From the NCBI GenBank assembly GCA_040905465.1, contig JBBDRK010000077.1, positions 1 to 15,598 on the forward strand: a DNA stretch of 15,598 nt, given 5' to 3'. Source of the DNA: Trueperaceae bacterium (lineage in GTDB: Bacteria > Deinococcota > Deinococci > Deinococcales > Trueperaceae). Of the stretch, positions 1-7,813 are shown piece after piece. The position numbers and the translations under genes are program-made. How positions within the stretch are numbered: position 1 is the stretch's first letter; the number at the start of each line of letters is the position of its first letter. The notes beneath the pieces are model-generated. The model had not been told where the DNA came from, searched no databases, and worked only from the letters and a program-made list of their open reading frames with translations.

Positions 1-1
1 T

Positions 2-88
2 GAGGCGGCTCGGCTCCTCGATGACCTGGTGCTGAGCCACGAGTTCACCGAATTCCTGACATTGGACGCGTATGAACGAATCGACTAG
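2..88 (+). CDS. aceB: Malate synthase A, C-terminal 28 aa (partial, begins before window)
   Basis: Frame 2 reads EAARLLDDLVLSHEFTEFLTLDAYERID-stop (TAG 86-88). This resembles the malate synthase A C-terminus (AARL...S.E..FLTL.[GA]Y) and lies directly upstream of glcDEF. Confidence 0.8.
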   Translation, partial: EAARLLDDLVLSHEFTEFLTLDAYERID

Positions 89-148
89 GCGGGCGAAGCC
101 GCGCCGTGTATCAGGTGGCGCTCGCGCCCACGTTCGAGGTGGTAGCAC

Positions 149-1609
149 ATGTCGTCTCACGGCCTGCTCGATGCGCTGAGGGAGCTGTACCCCAGGACTC
201 GACTGCTGGAGGAGCGCGCCGCCCTGGTTCCTTACGAGTCGGACGGGCTCGCCTCGTTCCGCATGAGACCGCTCGCCGTGGTGCTGCCGGAAACTCAGCA
301 GGAGGTAATCGATACCGTTCGCCTGTGTCACCGCGAGGATGTCCCTTTCCTGGCGCGAGGCAGCGGTACCAGCCTCTCCGGCGGTTCGATGCCCGTCGCG
401 GGAGGGCTGGTGATCGCCCTGAATCGCCTCAACCGCATCAAAAGGCTGGATCCGCGCCAAAGGCTGGCCGTGGTGGAACCTGGCGTAATCAACCTCGACG
501 TAAGCAGGGCCGCAGCGCCCTATGGACTTCATTACGCCCCCGATCCGAGCAGCCAGTCGATCTGCACGATCGGCGGCAACGTCGCGTTCAATTCCGGCGG
601 CGCGCACTGCCTAAAGTACGGCATGACGGCGAATCACGTGCTCGGGCTGACGGCGGTGCTGCCCGATGGGGAAGTGGTGGAGCTCGGGGGCGAGAGCCTG
701 GAGCAAGCGGGTCCGGACCTCGTAGGTTTCTTCTGCGGCAACGAGGGGCTGTTCGGAATCGTCCTCGAGATCACCCTACGGCTCCTGCCCCTGCCCGAGC
801 GGTACAAGACCGTGCTCGCCGCCTACCACGACCTGGAGGCGGCGGGAAATGCGGTAGCGCGGGTGATAGCGCTGGGCCTGTTACCGAGCGCCATGGAGAT
901 CATGGATCGATTGGCGCTGGACGCCGCCGAGAAAGCGGTTCGAGCAGAGTACCCGCCGGGTGCCCAGGCACTTCTGATAGTGGAGCTGGAAGGCGAGAGC
1001 GAGGTTGTCGAGGCCGAGTTAGCCCGGCTCACGACCGCTATCGGCGACTCGGGAGCGTACGAGGTGCGTGTCGCGGCCAGCCCCGAAGAGCGGGCATTGA
1101 TCTGGAAGGGCCGAAAGAGCGCTTTCTCGGCGGTCGGGCGACTCTCGCCAAACTACCTGGTGCAGGACGGAGTCGTGCCCAGGGGCCGACTGGGCGAGGC
1201 ACTGCGTGGAATCGAACGGCTCAGCAGGCGTTACGGCGTCGCGGTAGCCAACGTATTTCACGCCGGCGACGGCAACCTCCACCCACTCATTTTGTTCGAC
1301 GCCCGCGAAGCCGGGGCAATCGAGCGAGCCGAGAGCCTGGCCGGAGACATCCTGCGGTTATGCATCGAACTCGGCGGCTCGATCACCGGCGAACACGGAG
1401 TGGGTGTCGAGAAGCGAGAGTACCTTGCGGACATGTTCTCCGCCGTCGACATCGAAATGTTCAAGGCACTACGCCTCGCAATAGATCCCAAGGAGCTGTC
1501 CAACAGGGGCAAGATGTTCCCGCCCGAGACAACAGTCGATTCCCGGCCGGCGTCCCGCTCCGGCGAAACGGACGGCTCCGCCCCGGCCGGCCAGCCGAGA
1601 TCGCGATGA
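149..1609 (+). CDS. glcD: Glycolate oxidase FAD-binding subunit GlcD (486 aa)
   Basis: Motifs [52 protein letters not shown] and [22 protein letters not shown]-like sequence upstream. Confidence 0.93.
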   Translation: MSSHGLLDALRELYPRTRLLEERAALVPYESDGLASFRMRPLAVVLPETQQEVIDTVRLCHREDVPFLARGSGTSLSGGSMPVAGGLVIALNRLNRIKRLDPRQRLAVVEPGVINLDVSRAAAPYGLHYAPDPSSQSICTIGGNVAFNSGGAHCLKYGMTANHVLGLTAVLPDGEVVELGGESLEQAGPDLVGFFCGNEGLFGIVLEITLRLLPLPERYKTVLAAYHDLEAAGNAVARVIALGLLPSAMEIMDRLALDAAEKAVRAEYPPGAQALLIVELEGESEVVEAELARLTTAIGDSGAYEVRVAASPEERALIWKGRKSAFSAVGRLSPNYLVQDGVVPRGRLGEALRGIERLSRRYGVAVANVFHAGDGNLHPLILFDAREAGAIERAESLAGDILRLCIELGGSITGEHGVGVEKREYLADMFSAVDIEMFKALRLAIDPKELSNRGKMFPPETTVDSRPASRSGETDGSAPAGQPRSR

Positions 1610-2694
1610 AGGTGGTCGCGGCACTCGAGCCCAGGACCACGGCCGAGGTAGTGGATGCTGTTCGCTCTCACGACAGGCTGGTGGTGAGAGGCGGCTGCAC
1701 CAAACCCGCCCTTTCGACAGCGACGGACAGCGCTGTTGCTGTCGACATCGCCGGTCTGACAGGAATCGTCGAGTACGATCCGAACGAGTTCACCGTCACC
1801 GCTCTCGCCGGTACGCGGGTCTCCGAGGTCACCGGCCTGCTGGCGGCCAACGGCCAGTACCTCCCGTTCGATCCGCCGTTCGTTGCCGCTGGCGCCACCT
1901 TGGGAGGCAGTGTCGCTTCCGGACTGTCCGGTCCCAACCGCTACCGCTTCGGAGGCGTACGAGATTTCATCATCGGGGTGCGCCTGGTCGACGGCAGGGG
2001 GGATGAGGTGCGAGGCGGCGGCAAGGTAGTAAAGAACGCAGCCGGCTTCGATCTCCCCAAACTCATGGTCGGCAGCATGGGGCGCCTGGGGATCATGACG
2101 GAGATCACCTTCAAGGTGTTTCCCGCCCCGAAGGCCTGGCGCACGCTGACCGTAGCGATGCAGGGCATCGACGACGCCCTCGAGACGATAATGCGGCTGG
2201 GCTCGCTGCCGCTCGACCTCGAGGCCGTGGAGTTGACTCCAACGGCAACCTTGAACGTACGCATCGGTGGTCTGGAGGAAACACTGGAGGCCCGGATCCA
2301 ACGCCTCGAGCGGGCCATCGGGCGTGGTGACGGACGGGCGTTGTCGGGCGATGTCGAGCAGGCGTTCTGGAAAGAGTTGCGTGAGTTCAGGTGGCTACCG
2401 GACGAGCATAAACTCGTCAAGGTCCCCGTTACTCCGACCCGCGTGACACCACTCCACGAGCGCCTCGACAGGGCGGGCGCCACCGTCCGCTACGGCGTCG
2501 GGGCAAACGTCGCCTGGGTGGCCTGGCCGGGCGAGATGCAGGAACTGGACCGCCTCCTGAGCGCACTCGAGTTACCCGGCCTGGTGCTGATCGGACCACC
2601 GGAAAGTCCGAGAATCGGCCATGTCGCGGGCCGGTCTTTCGCCGCTCGCATCAAGTCCGTACTGGATCCGGCTCGTCGGTTTTCGGAGGTCTGA
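1606..2694 (+). CDS. glcE: Glycolate oxidase FAD-binding subunit GlcE (362 aa); true start is ATG 1606, not 106
   Basis: ATGA overlap with the glcD stop. Motifs [44 protein letters not shown] and [23 protein letters not shown]. Confidence 0.92.
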   Translation: MKVVAALEPRTTAEVVDAVRSHDRLVVRGGCTKPALSTATDSAVAVDIAGLTGIVEYDPNEFTVTALAGTRVSEVTGLLAANGQYLPFDPPFVAAGATLGGSVASGLSGPNRYRFGGVRDFIIGVRLVDGRGDEVRGGGKVVKNAAGFDLPKLMVGSMGRLGIMTEITFKVFPAPKAWRTLTVAMQGIDDALETIMRLGSLPLDLEAVELTPTATLNVRIGGLEETLEARIQRLERAIGRGDGRALSGDVEQAFWKELREFRWLPDEHKLVKVPVTPTRVTPLHERLDRAGATVRYGVGANVAWVAWPGEMQELDRLLSALELPGLVLIGPPESPRIGHVAGRSFAARIKSVLDPARRFSEV

Positions 2695-3984
2695 ATGCAA
2701 TACGAAAAGCCGGTCGAAGATCTCATTCCCCAGCGGGAGGAGATGACCCGAGCGATTCAGTCGTGCGTGCACTGTGGCTTCTGTCTCCCCACTTGCCCCA
2801 CGTACGTTGAAATGGGTGAGGAGATGGACTCCCCCCGCGGCCGCATATTCCTGATGAAAGAGGTGTTGGACGGCGGTCTCACGCTGGAGGAGGCGTCCCC
2901 GTACATCGACAACTGCCTGGGCTGCCAAGCGTGCGTGACGGCCTGCCCCTCGGGCGTTGAATACGGCGAGTTGCTGACACCCTTCAGGGCCTGGGCGGAA
3001 CCGCGACGCCAGCGTGCTCCGATGGACAGGCTCCAGCGACTGCTGTTGTTGGAGACGCTCCCTTTCCCCGAGCGCTTTCGCCTGGCTACCTTGGCGGGCC
3101 GTATGGCGCGACCGTTCGCCCGCCTTTTGCCGGAACGGGTCCGGGCGATGCTCGAGCTGCTTCCCGAGCACCTGCCTCGAGCGCCGCAGTTACCAGCCGT
3201 ATATGCCGCCACGGGCGAGCGCCGGGCGCGGGTCGCGCTCCTGGCCGGCTGCGCCCAGCGCGTGCTGGCGCCAGGCATCAATTGGGCAACGCTACGCGTG
3301 CTGGCCGAGAACGGGGTCGAGGTAGTGATTCCCCCACGTCAGGCGTGCTGCGGTGCGCTCGCGCTGCATACCGGTAGCGAGGCACGAGCCATGGCCACGG
3401 CGCGTCGAAACCTGGACGCATTCGTACCTGGCGACGTCGACGCTATCGTCTCCAACGCTTCCGGTTGCGGATCGGGGATGAAGGAGTACCCGCTGCTGTT
3501 CAAGGGCGCCTCGGAAGAAGCCGGCGCGCAGGAGTTCGCCGACAAGGTCATGGACATCTCCTCGTTCCTGGCGTCGCTCGGGGCAAGGCCGGCACAAGGC
3601 TTCCCGCGGCCGGTCCGGCTCGTCTACCATGACGCCTGCCATCTGGCCCATGCCCAGGGTGTGCGGAGCGCGCCACGCGACCTGCTCGCCGCCGCCCCGA
3701 ACCTGGAGCTGCTCGAGCCGCAGGAATGGGAGTTGTGCTGTGGCTCGGCCGGCACCTACAACATCGAGAAGCCCGATGTCGCTGGCGCCCTCGGGGAACG
3801 CAAGGCGGGGAATCTGCTGGCTGCCGGCGGCGATGCGGTGGCCACAGGTAACATCGGCTGCATGACACAGATCGGGTACCACCTGAACCGGCTCGGCCGT
3901 CCGCTGCCGGTGCTTCACACCGTCGAGGTACTCGACCAGGCGTACCGGGGCGTTTTCCAGCAGGAGCTTGCGCCCTCTGGTTAG
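2695..3984 (+). CDS. glcF: Glycolate oxidase iron-sulfur subunit GlcF (429 aa)
   Basis: Two 4Fe-4S motifs ([24 protein letters not shown]), DSPRGRI, CCG domains ([25 protein letters not shown]) and GNIGC. Start abuts the glcE stop. Confidence 0.93.
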   Translation: MQYEKPVEDLIPQREEMTRAIQSCVHCGFCLPTCPTYVEMGEEMDSPRGRIFLMKEVLDGGLTLEEASPYIDNCLGCQACVTACPSGVEYGELLTPFRAWAEPRRQRAPMDRLQRLLLLETLPFPERFRLATLAGRMARPFARLLPERVRAMLELLPEHLPRAPQLPAVYAATGERRARVALLAGCAQRVLAPGINWATLRVLAENGVEVVIPPRQACCGALALHTGSEARAMATARRNLDAFVPGDVDAIVSNASGCGSGMKEYPLLFKGASEEAGAQEFADKVMDISSFLASLGARPAQGFPRPVRLVYHDACHLAHAQGVRSAPRDLLAAAPNLELLEPQEWELCCGSAGTYNIEKPDVAGALGERKAGNLLAAGGDAVATGNIGCMTQIGYHLNRLGRPLPVLHTVEVLDQAYRGVFQQELAPSG

Positions 3985-4009
3985 CGGCGGGGCCTGGTGC
4001 TCGCGGGAG

Positions 4010-4074
4010 AACGTGTCGACGAAATCGAACAATGTAGACACGTTTAATGCATATGTCGAAGGCATGAATAAACG
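4010..4074. terminator. Inverted repeats between convergent glcF and cupin gene; possible bidirectional terminator or stability element
   Basis: AACGTGTCGAC (4010-4020) pairs with GTAGACACGTT (4034-4044), 10/11. A second, overlapping IR pairs CGTTTAATGC with GCAT-gaa-TAAACG. No clear U-tract. Confidence 0.35.
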
Positions 4075-4096
4075 GCTTGGAGGCGCGGCGCCGCTT

Positions 4097-4447
4097 CTAC
4101 AGCATGACGGCGAGAAGATCTTCACGGGGCGGAGTGAAGACGTCGAGCAGCCGGCCCTGCTCGTGAGCGGTCACTCCGTGCTCCAGGTCGCGCGGTATCC
4201 GTAACGTATCGCCGGCCTTCACTTCCAGCTCGCGACCGTCGATACGGAAAGTGAATCGTCCTTCCAGCACGTGCGAGACCTGCTCGTTGGGATGACTATG
4301 CATGGAACCGGTGGCGCCGGGCTCGAAACGTACCTCCATCGCCGTCAGCGACTCTCCGACTGCGACGAGGCGGCGCTCGACTCCGGTGTCGGCCACTTGC
4401 CAATCGGTTCGGAACAGGACGTCTTGCTTGACCTCGCTATCGCTCAT
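4097..4447 (-). CDS. kdgF: KdgF-type cupin (ring-opening/ketonisation of 4,5-unsaturated uronates), 116 aa
   Basis: Cupin motifs HSHPNEQVSHVLEG.F.F and GD...IP...HG, and a KdgF-like C-terminus LLDVFTPPREDLL. GGAGG SD 6 nt upstream. Clustered with kduD. Confidence 0.75.
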   Translation of the reverse strand: MSDSEVKQDVLFRTDWQVADTGVERRLVAVGESLTAMEVRFEPGATGSMHSHPNEQVSHVLEGRFTFRIDGRELEVKAGDTLRIPRDLEHGVTAHEQGRLLDVFTPPREDLLAVML

Positions 4448-4510
4448 CGGATGCCTCCAGGGCCCACTGTCGGGCCAGAACTATCGGTCGAGACGGTCAC
4501 GGGTGCCACT

Positions 4511-5578
4511 TCAGGCCGTCGACCGGGTGACCAGAGTGACGGGGAGCGTCACGTGTCTTTCGGTGATGGGCTTCTCCTGCAGATGATCGATGATCAGGTC
4601 GGCTGCCCTGGCGCCCAGGTCGTAGGCAGGGAATTCGATCGTCGTCAGCGGCGGGTCTACAGCGGCCGCCACGCTGAAGTTGTTGAACCCGATCACTGCC
4701 AGGTCTTCCGGGACCCGAACGCTTCGTGATCGAGCTGCGCGCAAGGCCCCCAGGGCGAGGAGGTCGTCGAAGCAGATCAGGGCGGTGGGCGGGTTACGGC
4801 GCCGCAGCAGCTCCAGCGTCAACTCGTGGCCCTGGGTGATCTCGGCGGGTTCGTTGGCGTGCTCCGTAATGACTATCGTGTCGGCCTTGCCGTGCTCGGC
4901 ATAGAGGGTGAGTTCCTCCTCGTACTCGAGGCCGTGGTCGGCGAGCCCCTTCAGGTATCCGGAGTGGCGGGCCCTGCTGGTGTAGGTGGAGAGGGCGCGG
5001 CTCAGGTAGGCGATTCTGGTATGCCCTCGGCGCACCAGGTAGCCGACGGCAGAGCTCAGACCGCCTTCGTCGTTGGCGCATACGGTATAGGCGTTTTCGT
5101 TCTCGCGCTGGATCTCCACTACCGGCAGCCCCAACTCCTCGAGCGCGTCGAGGTGAGGTTCGCTCAGGTCGGATACCACCGTCACCAGCCCATCCACCCG
5201 GCCGAGCAGATTCTTGGGCCAGACCAGCCCCGTTCCGCCGCCGCCCTGTAGTTCGCCGAGTTGCAGCGAGTAGAGGAGCAGGTGGTATCCCCGTCTGTTG
5301 CCGGCCGCCAGTGCCCCGTTGAGAATCTCTTCGAGGTAACCGGAGGCCGAGAGTCGGCCGTGCCGAGTGCCGGCGTAGATGAAGCCGAGAGTCCTCGTCT
5401 CGCCACCACGCATCGCCTGGGCCCACGCCCGGGGGGTGTAGTCGAGTTTGCGGATGGCGGCGAGGATTGCTTTGCGGGTGTCTTCCGATACCCCCGCCTT
5501 CTCGTTGATCACCAAGGAGACCGCCTGTGCCGACACGCCTACCTCGGCCGCAACGTCCTTGATCGTCGGTCGCCCCAT
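4511..5578 (-). CDS. LacI-family transcriptional regulator 1 (355 aa)
   Basis: HTH TIKDVAAEVGVSAQAVSLVIN, hinge LDYTPRAWAQAM, C-terminal RVPEDLAVIGFNN...PPLTTI...LVTRST. Confidence 0.95.
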   Translation of the reverse strand: MGRPTIKDVAAEVGVSAQAVSLVINEKAGVSEDTRKAILAAIRKLDYTPRAWAQAMRGGETRTLGFIYAGTRHGRLSASGYLEEILNGALAAGNRRGYHLLLYSLQLGELQGGGGTGLVWPKNLLGRVDGLVTVVSDLSEPHLDALEELGLPVVEIQRENENAYTVCANDEGGLSSAVGYLVRRGHTRIAYLSRALSTYTSRARHSGYLKGLADHGLEYEEELTLYAEHGKADTIVITEHANEPAEITQGHELTLELLRRRNPPTALICFDDLLALGALRAARSRSVRVPEDLAVIGFNNFSVAAAVDPPLTTIEFPAYDLGARAADLIIDHLQEKPITERHVTLPVTLVTRSTA

Positions 5579-5579
5579 A

Positions 5580-5591
5580 TGGAACGTTAAA
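5580..5591. promoter_or_regulatory. Candidate LacI-1 operator O1 (TGGAACGTTAAA)
   Basis: 10/12 match to the palindrome TTTAACGTTAAA with central CG. Shares CTTTAACGTTC (11 bp, reverse strand) with the site at 7712-7722. Immediately upstream of the lacI-1 start. Confidence 0.65.
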
Positions 5592-7575
5592 GTACCACAG
5601 GCGGACGAACATGCAACGTCAGCCTCATTCGAGTGCGGCTGGTGCCCGCCGGCAGGTGGAGCGCGACAGTCCAGGGCAGCGGCCCCAGGAAGCTGTGTCC
5701 TGCCGGCAAATCCGACGTGTTCTCGACGTTCAGCCGTCGGAGCGGACCGTCTACCTGGAGCTCGAGCTCCAGGTCGCGAGGGCGCGGTTGCGCCTGCCGG
5801 TCCTGGAGGCGACCCCGAAAGCGGTGGTGGCGTTCACCAAGCTTCTGGTGTCGCGGGAGAGCTATCGCCAGGAGCGAGTAGCGGTGCTCGATGTCGTTTC
5901 GCTCGGTCGAAAACGAGTGCTCGCAGCAGAGTTCGTCTCCGCGAAGCTCGTACGAAATGCTGAGCTCGGCGATGCCGCTTGCCAGCTCCAGACTGTTCAC
6001 GTTGAGGAGCCGGGTCCAGTGCAGCGTCAGTCTGTTCGCGTCGAACTCCACCTCGTCGCAGCCTTCGGCCGCCGACCACACGCTGCCATCGGTCAGCTCG
6101 ATGAACTCCGTTCCGTAGGGGGCGCTTTGCTGTGTGGGGACGTCCAGCAGGAACGGAACCAGGGGAGACGGCAGGTAGTTCGAGGAGAGCTTCGGTTCGA
6201 ATGAGGTGTTGCTTCCCACCAGCGGCAGCGCCACGTGCCAAGGCCCGGACCGGGCTATCCACAGGCCGTAGCAGCGGCCTCGTCGATCGCCCTTCGGTTC
6301 GCGGAATGACTCCCAGTGAGACCGGGCCGACGCTGCCGTGGGCTCGTCGTTACCCGGTTCGGGGAGGAGTGAGTCGGACGGTGTGGCGGTGCCCGTAGCC
6401 GTGCTGAGAGGTTCGAAGCTCCTCGCGGTCCGGTGCGCGCCTTCGGCGCCGCCGCTGGGCATTCCGTTCATCTCCTCGAGCTCTTTTGCCGCATGGAGGA
6501 TCTTCACCAGCATGCCGAAGGTGCTGCCGACCAATCGGTGGGGACCGCGGTAGCTGTAGGGCTGCCTGCCGCCGCGGTGCATGGTTGTGAGCCCGTCTTC
6601 GTCGAACCACTCCCGCTTCAGCGTCTCGAAGGCCCGCACGGCGGTGTCCAGGTCGAGTGACAATTCGGCTTCGCCGATCACCCCGCGCTCGAACAGGAGC
6701 GGACTGAGGCCGAGGACCACGTAGATGGTCGTTCCGTACGAAATTATCCCTTGGCTGCGGCCCCAGCAGACCGCGTAGCCGTCCGCCCTGGCAAGCAGTC
6801 GGAACACCGTGAGGTAGCGCTGGGCTATCGGCAGCAGACGTTCGAGTTCCCGCGGCCAGTCGTACTCCCGGCATAGCCTGACGGCGGCCGCGACGGTCTC
6901 CCATGCGTACTGATCGATGACCGCATCCGGCGGTTTGTCGTCGAACCAGGGATCGGCGTGCAGTTTGTCGAGCAGCAACCCTAACGCCGTGCGTCCCGCC
7001 CGAAGTACGGCGTCGCTGCTGCCCGCCGAACCTTCCTCGCCCAACAGGCGCGACGCCAGCAGTGCGTTCTGAGCCGTGATCCACAGGTAGTTGTCCGGCA
7101 GGGTTCGCATTCGCCGGTTATCGGCGTCGAAGTAGTGCCCGACGTCGAAGAGATTGCCGAGACCCGACTCTCGCACCTCGGGATCGAGCCGGTGCCACAA
7201 CGCGTTGTCTGCAAGCGGGCCGTATGCCCAGAGCGTTTCCAGGACTGCGCGATGCGGGAAGGGGACGAGACGCTGCCGCAGGTAGGGCAGAACGCTTCGG
7301 ACAACGCGGCGATCGACGGTTTCCTTCTCGCCCTCGTCGAGGTGGCGGCGCAACAGCGCCAGGAAGGCTGAAAAGTGGGCTCCGTTCTCGGCGTCGGAGC
7401 CGCCCATGTGCGGCCTGTCGTCGCGCTGCTGTTGTCCCAAGCGGTAGCCGGTCACGACAGGCGGGAGCGTTCCGTCGATGAGGAGCCGGCCTTCGAGTGC
7501 TCGGCCGCATGCCCGCGCGAAATCGACCATCTGCCCGGCGAGTCGTTGCTGGATTCGTGGTTGCGTGTCGGTCAA
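5587..7575 (-). CDS. Uncharacterised 662-aa cytoplasmic protein; putative carbohydrate-active enzyme with helical N-domain and beta-rich C-domain, distantly DUF2264/GH154-like
   Basis: TTG start with AAGGAG SD, no signal peptide. Ordered motifs DNYLW, PWFDD.....IDQY and QRY...F..L...DG....WGRS recall DUF2264 NNW / GWYxDG..DYY / RY...L...DG....GRS. The gene call is solid; the product is tentative. Confidence 0.6.
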   Translation of the reverse strand: MTDTQPRIQQRLAGQMVDFARACGRALEGRLLIDGTLPPVVTGYRLGQQQRDDRPHMGGSDAENGAHFSAFLALLRRHLDEGEKETVDRRVVRSVLPYLRQRLVPFPHRAVLETLWAYGPLADNALWHRLDPEVRESGLGNLFDVGHYFDADNRRMRTLPDNYLWITAQNALLASRLLGEEGSAGSSDAVLRAGRTALGLLLDKLHADPWFDDKPPDAVIDQYAWETVAAAVRLCREYDWPRELERLLPIAQRYLTVFRLLARADGYAVCWGRSQGIISYGTTIYVVLGLSPLLFERGVIGEAELSLDLDTAVRAFETLKREWFDEDGLTTMHRGGRQPYSYRGPHRLVGSTFGMLVKILHAAKELEEMNGMPSGGAEGAHRTARSFEPLSTATGTATPSDSLLPEPGNDEPTAASARSHWESFREPKGDRRGRCYGLWIARSGPWHVALPLVGSNTSFEPKLSSNYLPSPLVPFLLDVPTQQSAPYGTEFIELTDGSVWSAAEGCDEVEFDANRLTLHWTRLLNVNSLELASGIAELSISYELRGDELCCEHSFSTERNDIEHRYSLLAIALPRHQKLGERHHRFRGRLQDRQAQPRPRDLELELQVDGPLRRLNVENTSDLPAGHSFLGPLPWTVALHLPAGTSRTRMRLTLHVRPPVVL
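5589..5616 (-). promoter_or_regulatory. Putative sigma70-type internal promoter for lacI-1
   Basis: Minus strand: TTGCAT (5616-5611), 16 bp spacer, TACTTT (5594-5589), preceded by a TGn extended -10. The start codon is 10 nt downstream with no SD. Confidence 0.5.
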
Positions 7576-7589
7576 GACGAAGTTTCTCC

Positions 7590-7601
7590 TTTAACGGTAA
7601 A
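7590..7601. promoter_or_regulatory. Candidate LacI-1 operator O2 (TTTAACGGTAAA)
   Basis: 11/12 match to TTTAACGTTAAA. Overlaps the edge of the SD (AAGGAG, 7591-7586) of the 662-aa gene. Confidence 0.6.
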
Positions 7602-7663
7602 TGCGCGCCGGCATGAGTGCTTGGGGCCGTCCAGATGGGGATACGAGCGAAGTGTCTAGACTA

Positions 7664-7692
7664 CCTATACGTTATGGTTCTTGACATGTCAA
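7664..7692 (-). promoter_or_regulatory. Putative leftward promoter for the 662-aa gene operon
   Basis: Minus strand: TTGACA (7692-7687), 17 bp spacer, TATAGG (7669-7664). The -10 lacks the conserved final T. Confidence 0.4.
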
Positions 7693-7709
7693 CTCCGTAC
7701 GTGTAAGTT
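7681..7709 (+). promoter_or_regulatory. Putative sigma70-type rightward promoter for the ABC-iolB-kduD operon
   Basis: Perfect TTGACA (7681-7686), 17 bp spacer, TAAGTT (7704-7709), in an AT-rich patch of a GC-rich sequence. Confidence 0.7.
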
Positions 7710-7712
7710 TGC

Positions 7713-7724
7713 TTTAACGTTCAA
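7713..7724. promoter_or_regulatory. Candidate LacI-1 operator O3 (TTTAACGTTCAA)
   Basis: 11/12 match to TTTAACGTTAAA. Covers the predicted +1 of the rightward promoter. Confidence 0.7.
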
Positions 7725-7813
7725 CACGACCTGCCTGGTTCGGTCAAGTTCCGAAGGGATTAGGCGCCGGCGCACAGCCGGGCCCTTCGGCATATCCTTG
7801 AAGGAGGTACTAC

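Noticed and set aside
88-105. Terminator after the malate synthase stop (GGCGGGC-GAA-GCCGCGCC)
   Set aside because: Short imperfect stem with no U-tract, which is common by chance at this GC content.
106-1605. 500-codon N-terminal extension of the 862-aa ORF overlapping glcD (apparent overlapping gene or frameshift fusion)
   Set aside because: The extension is R/G/A/P-rich shadow translation. In this frame stops need T at glcD third positions, which is scarce in GC-rich genes. GlcE similarity starts at ATG 1606, which has a standard ATGA overlap.
4007-4040. Possible LexA/SOS box (CGAAC...)
   Set aside because: No GAAC-N4-GTTC arrangement, and the site lies between convergent gene ends.
7665-7676. 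Fourth operator copy CTATACGTTATG over the leftward -10
   Set aside because: It is CG-centred but matches the consensus at only 7/12 positions, too weak to call.
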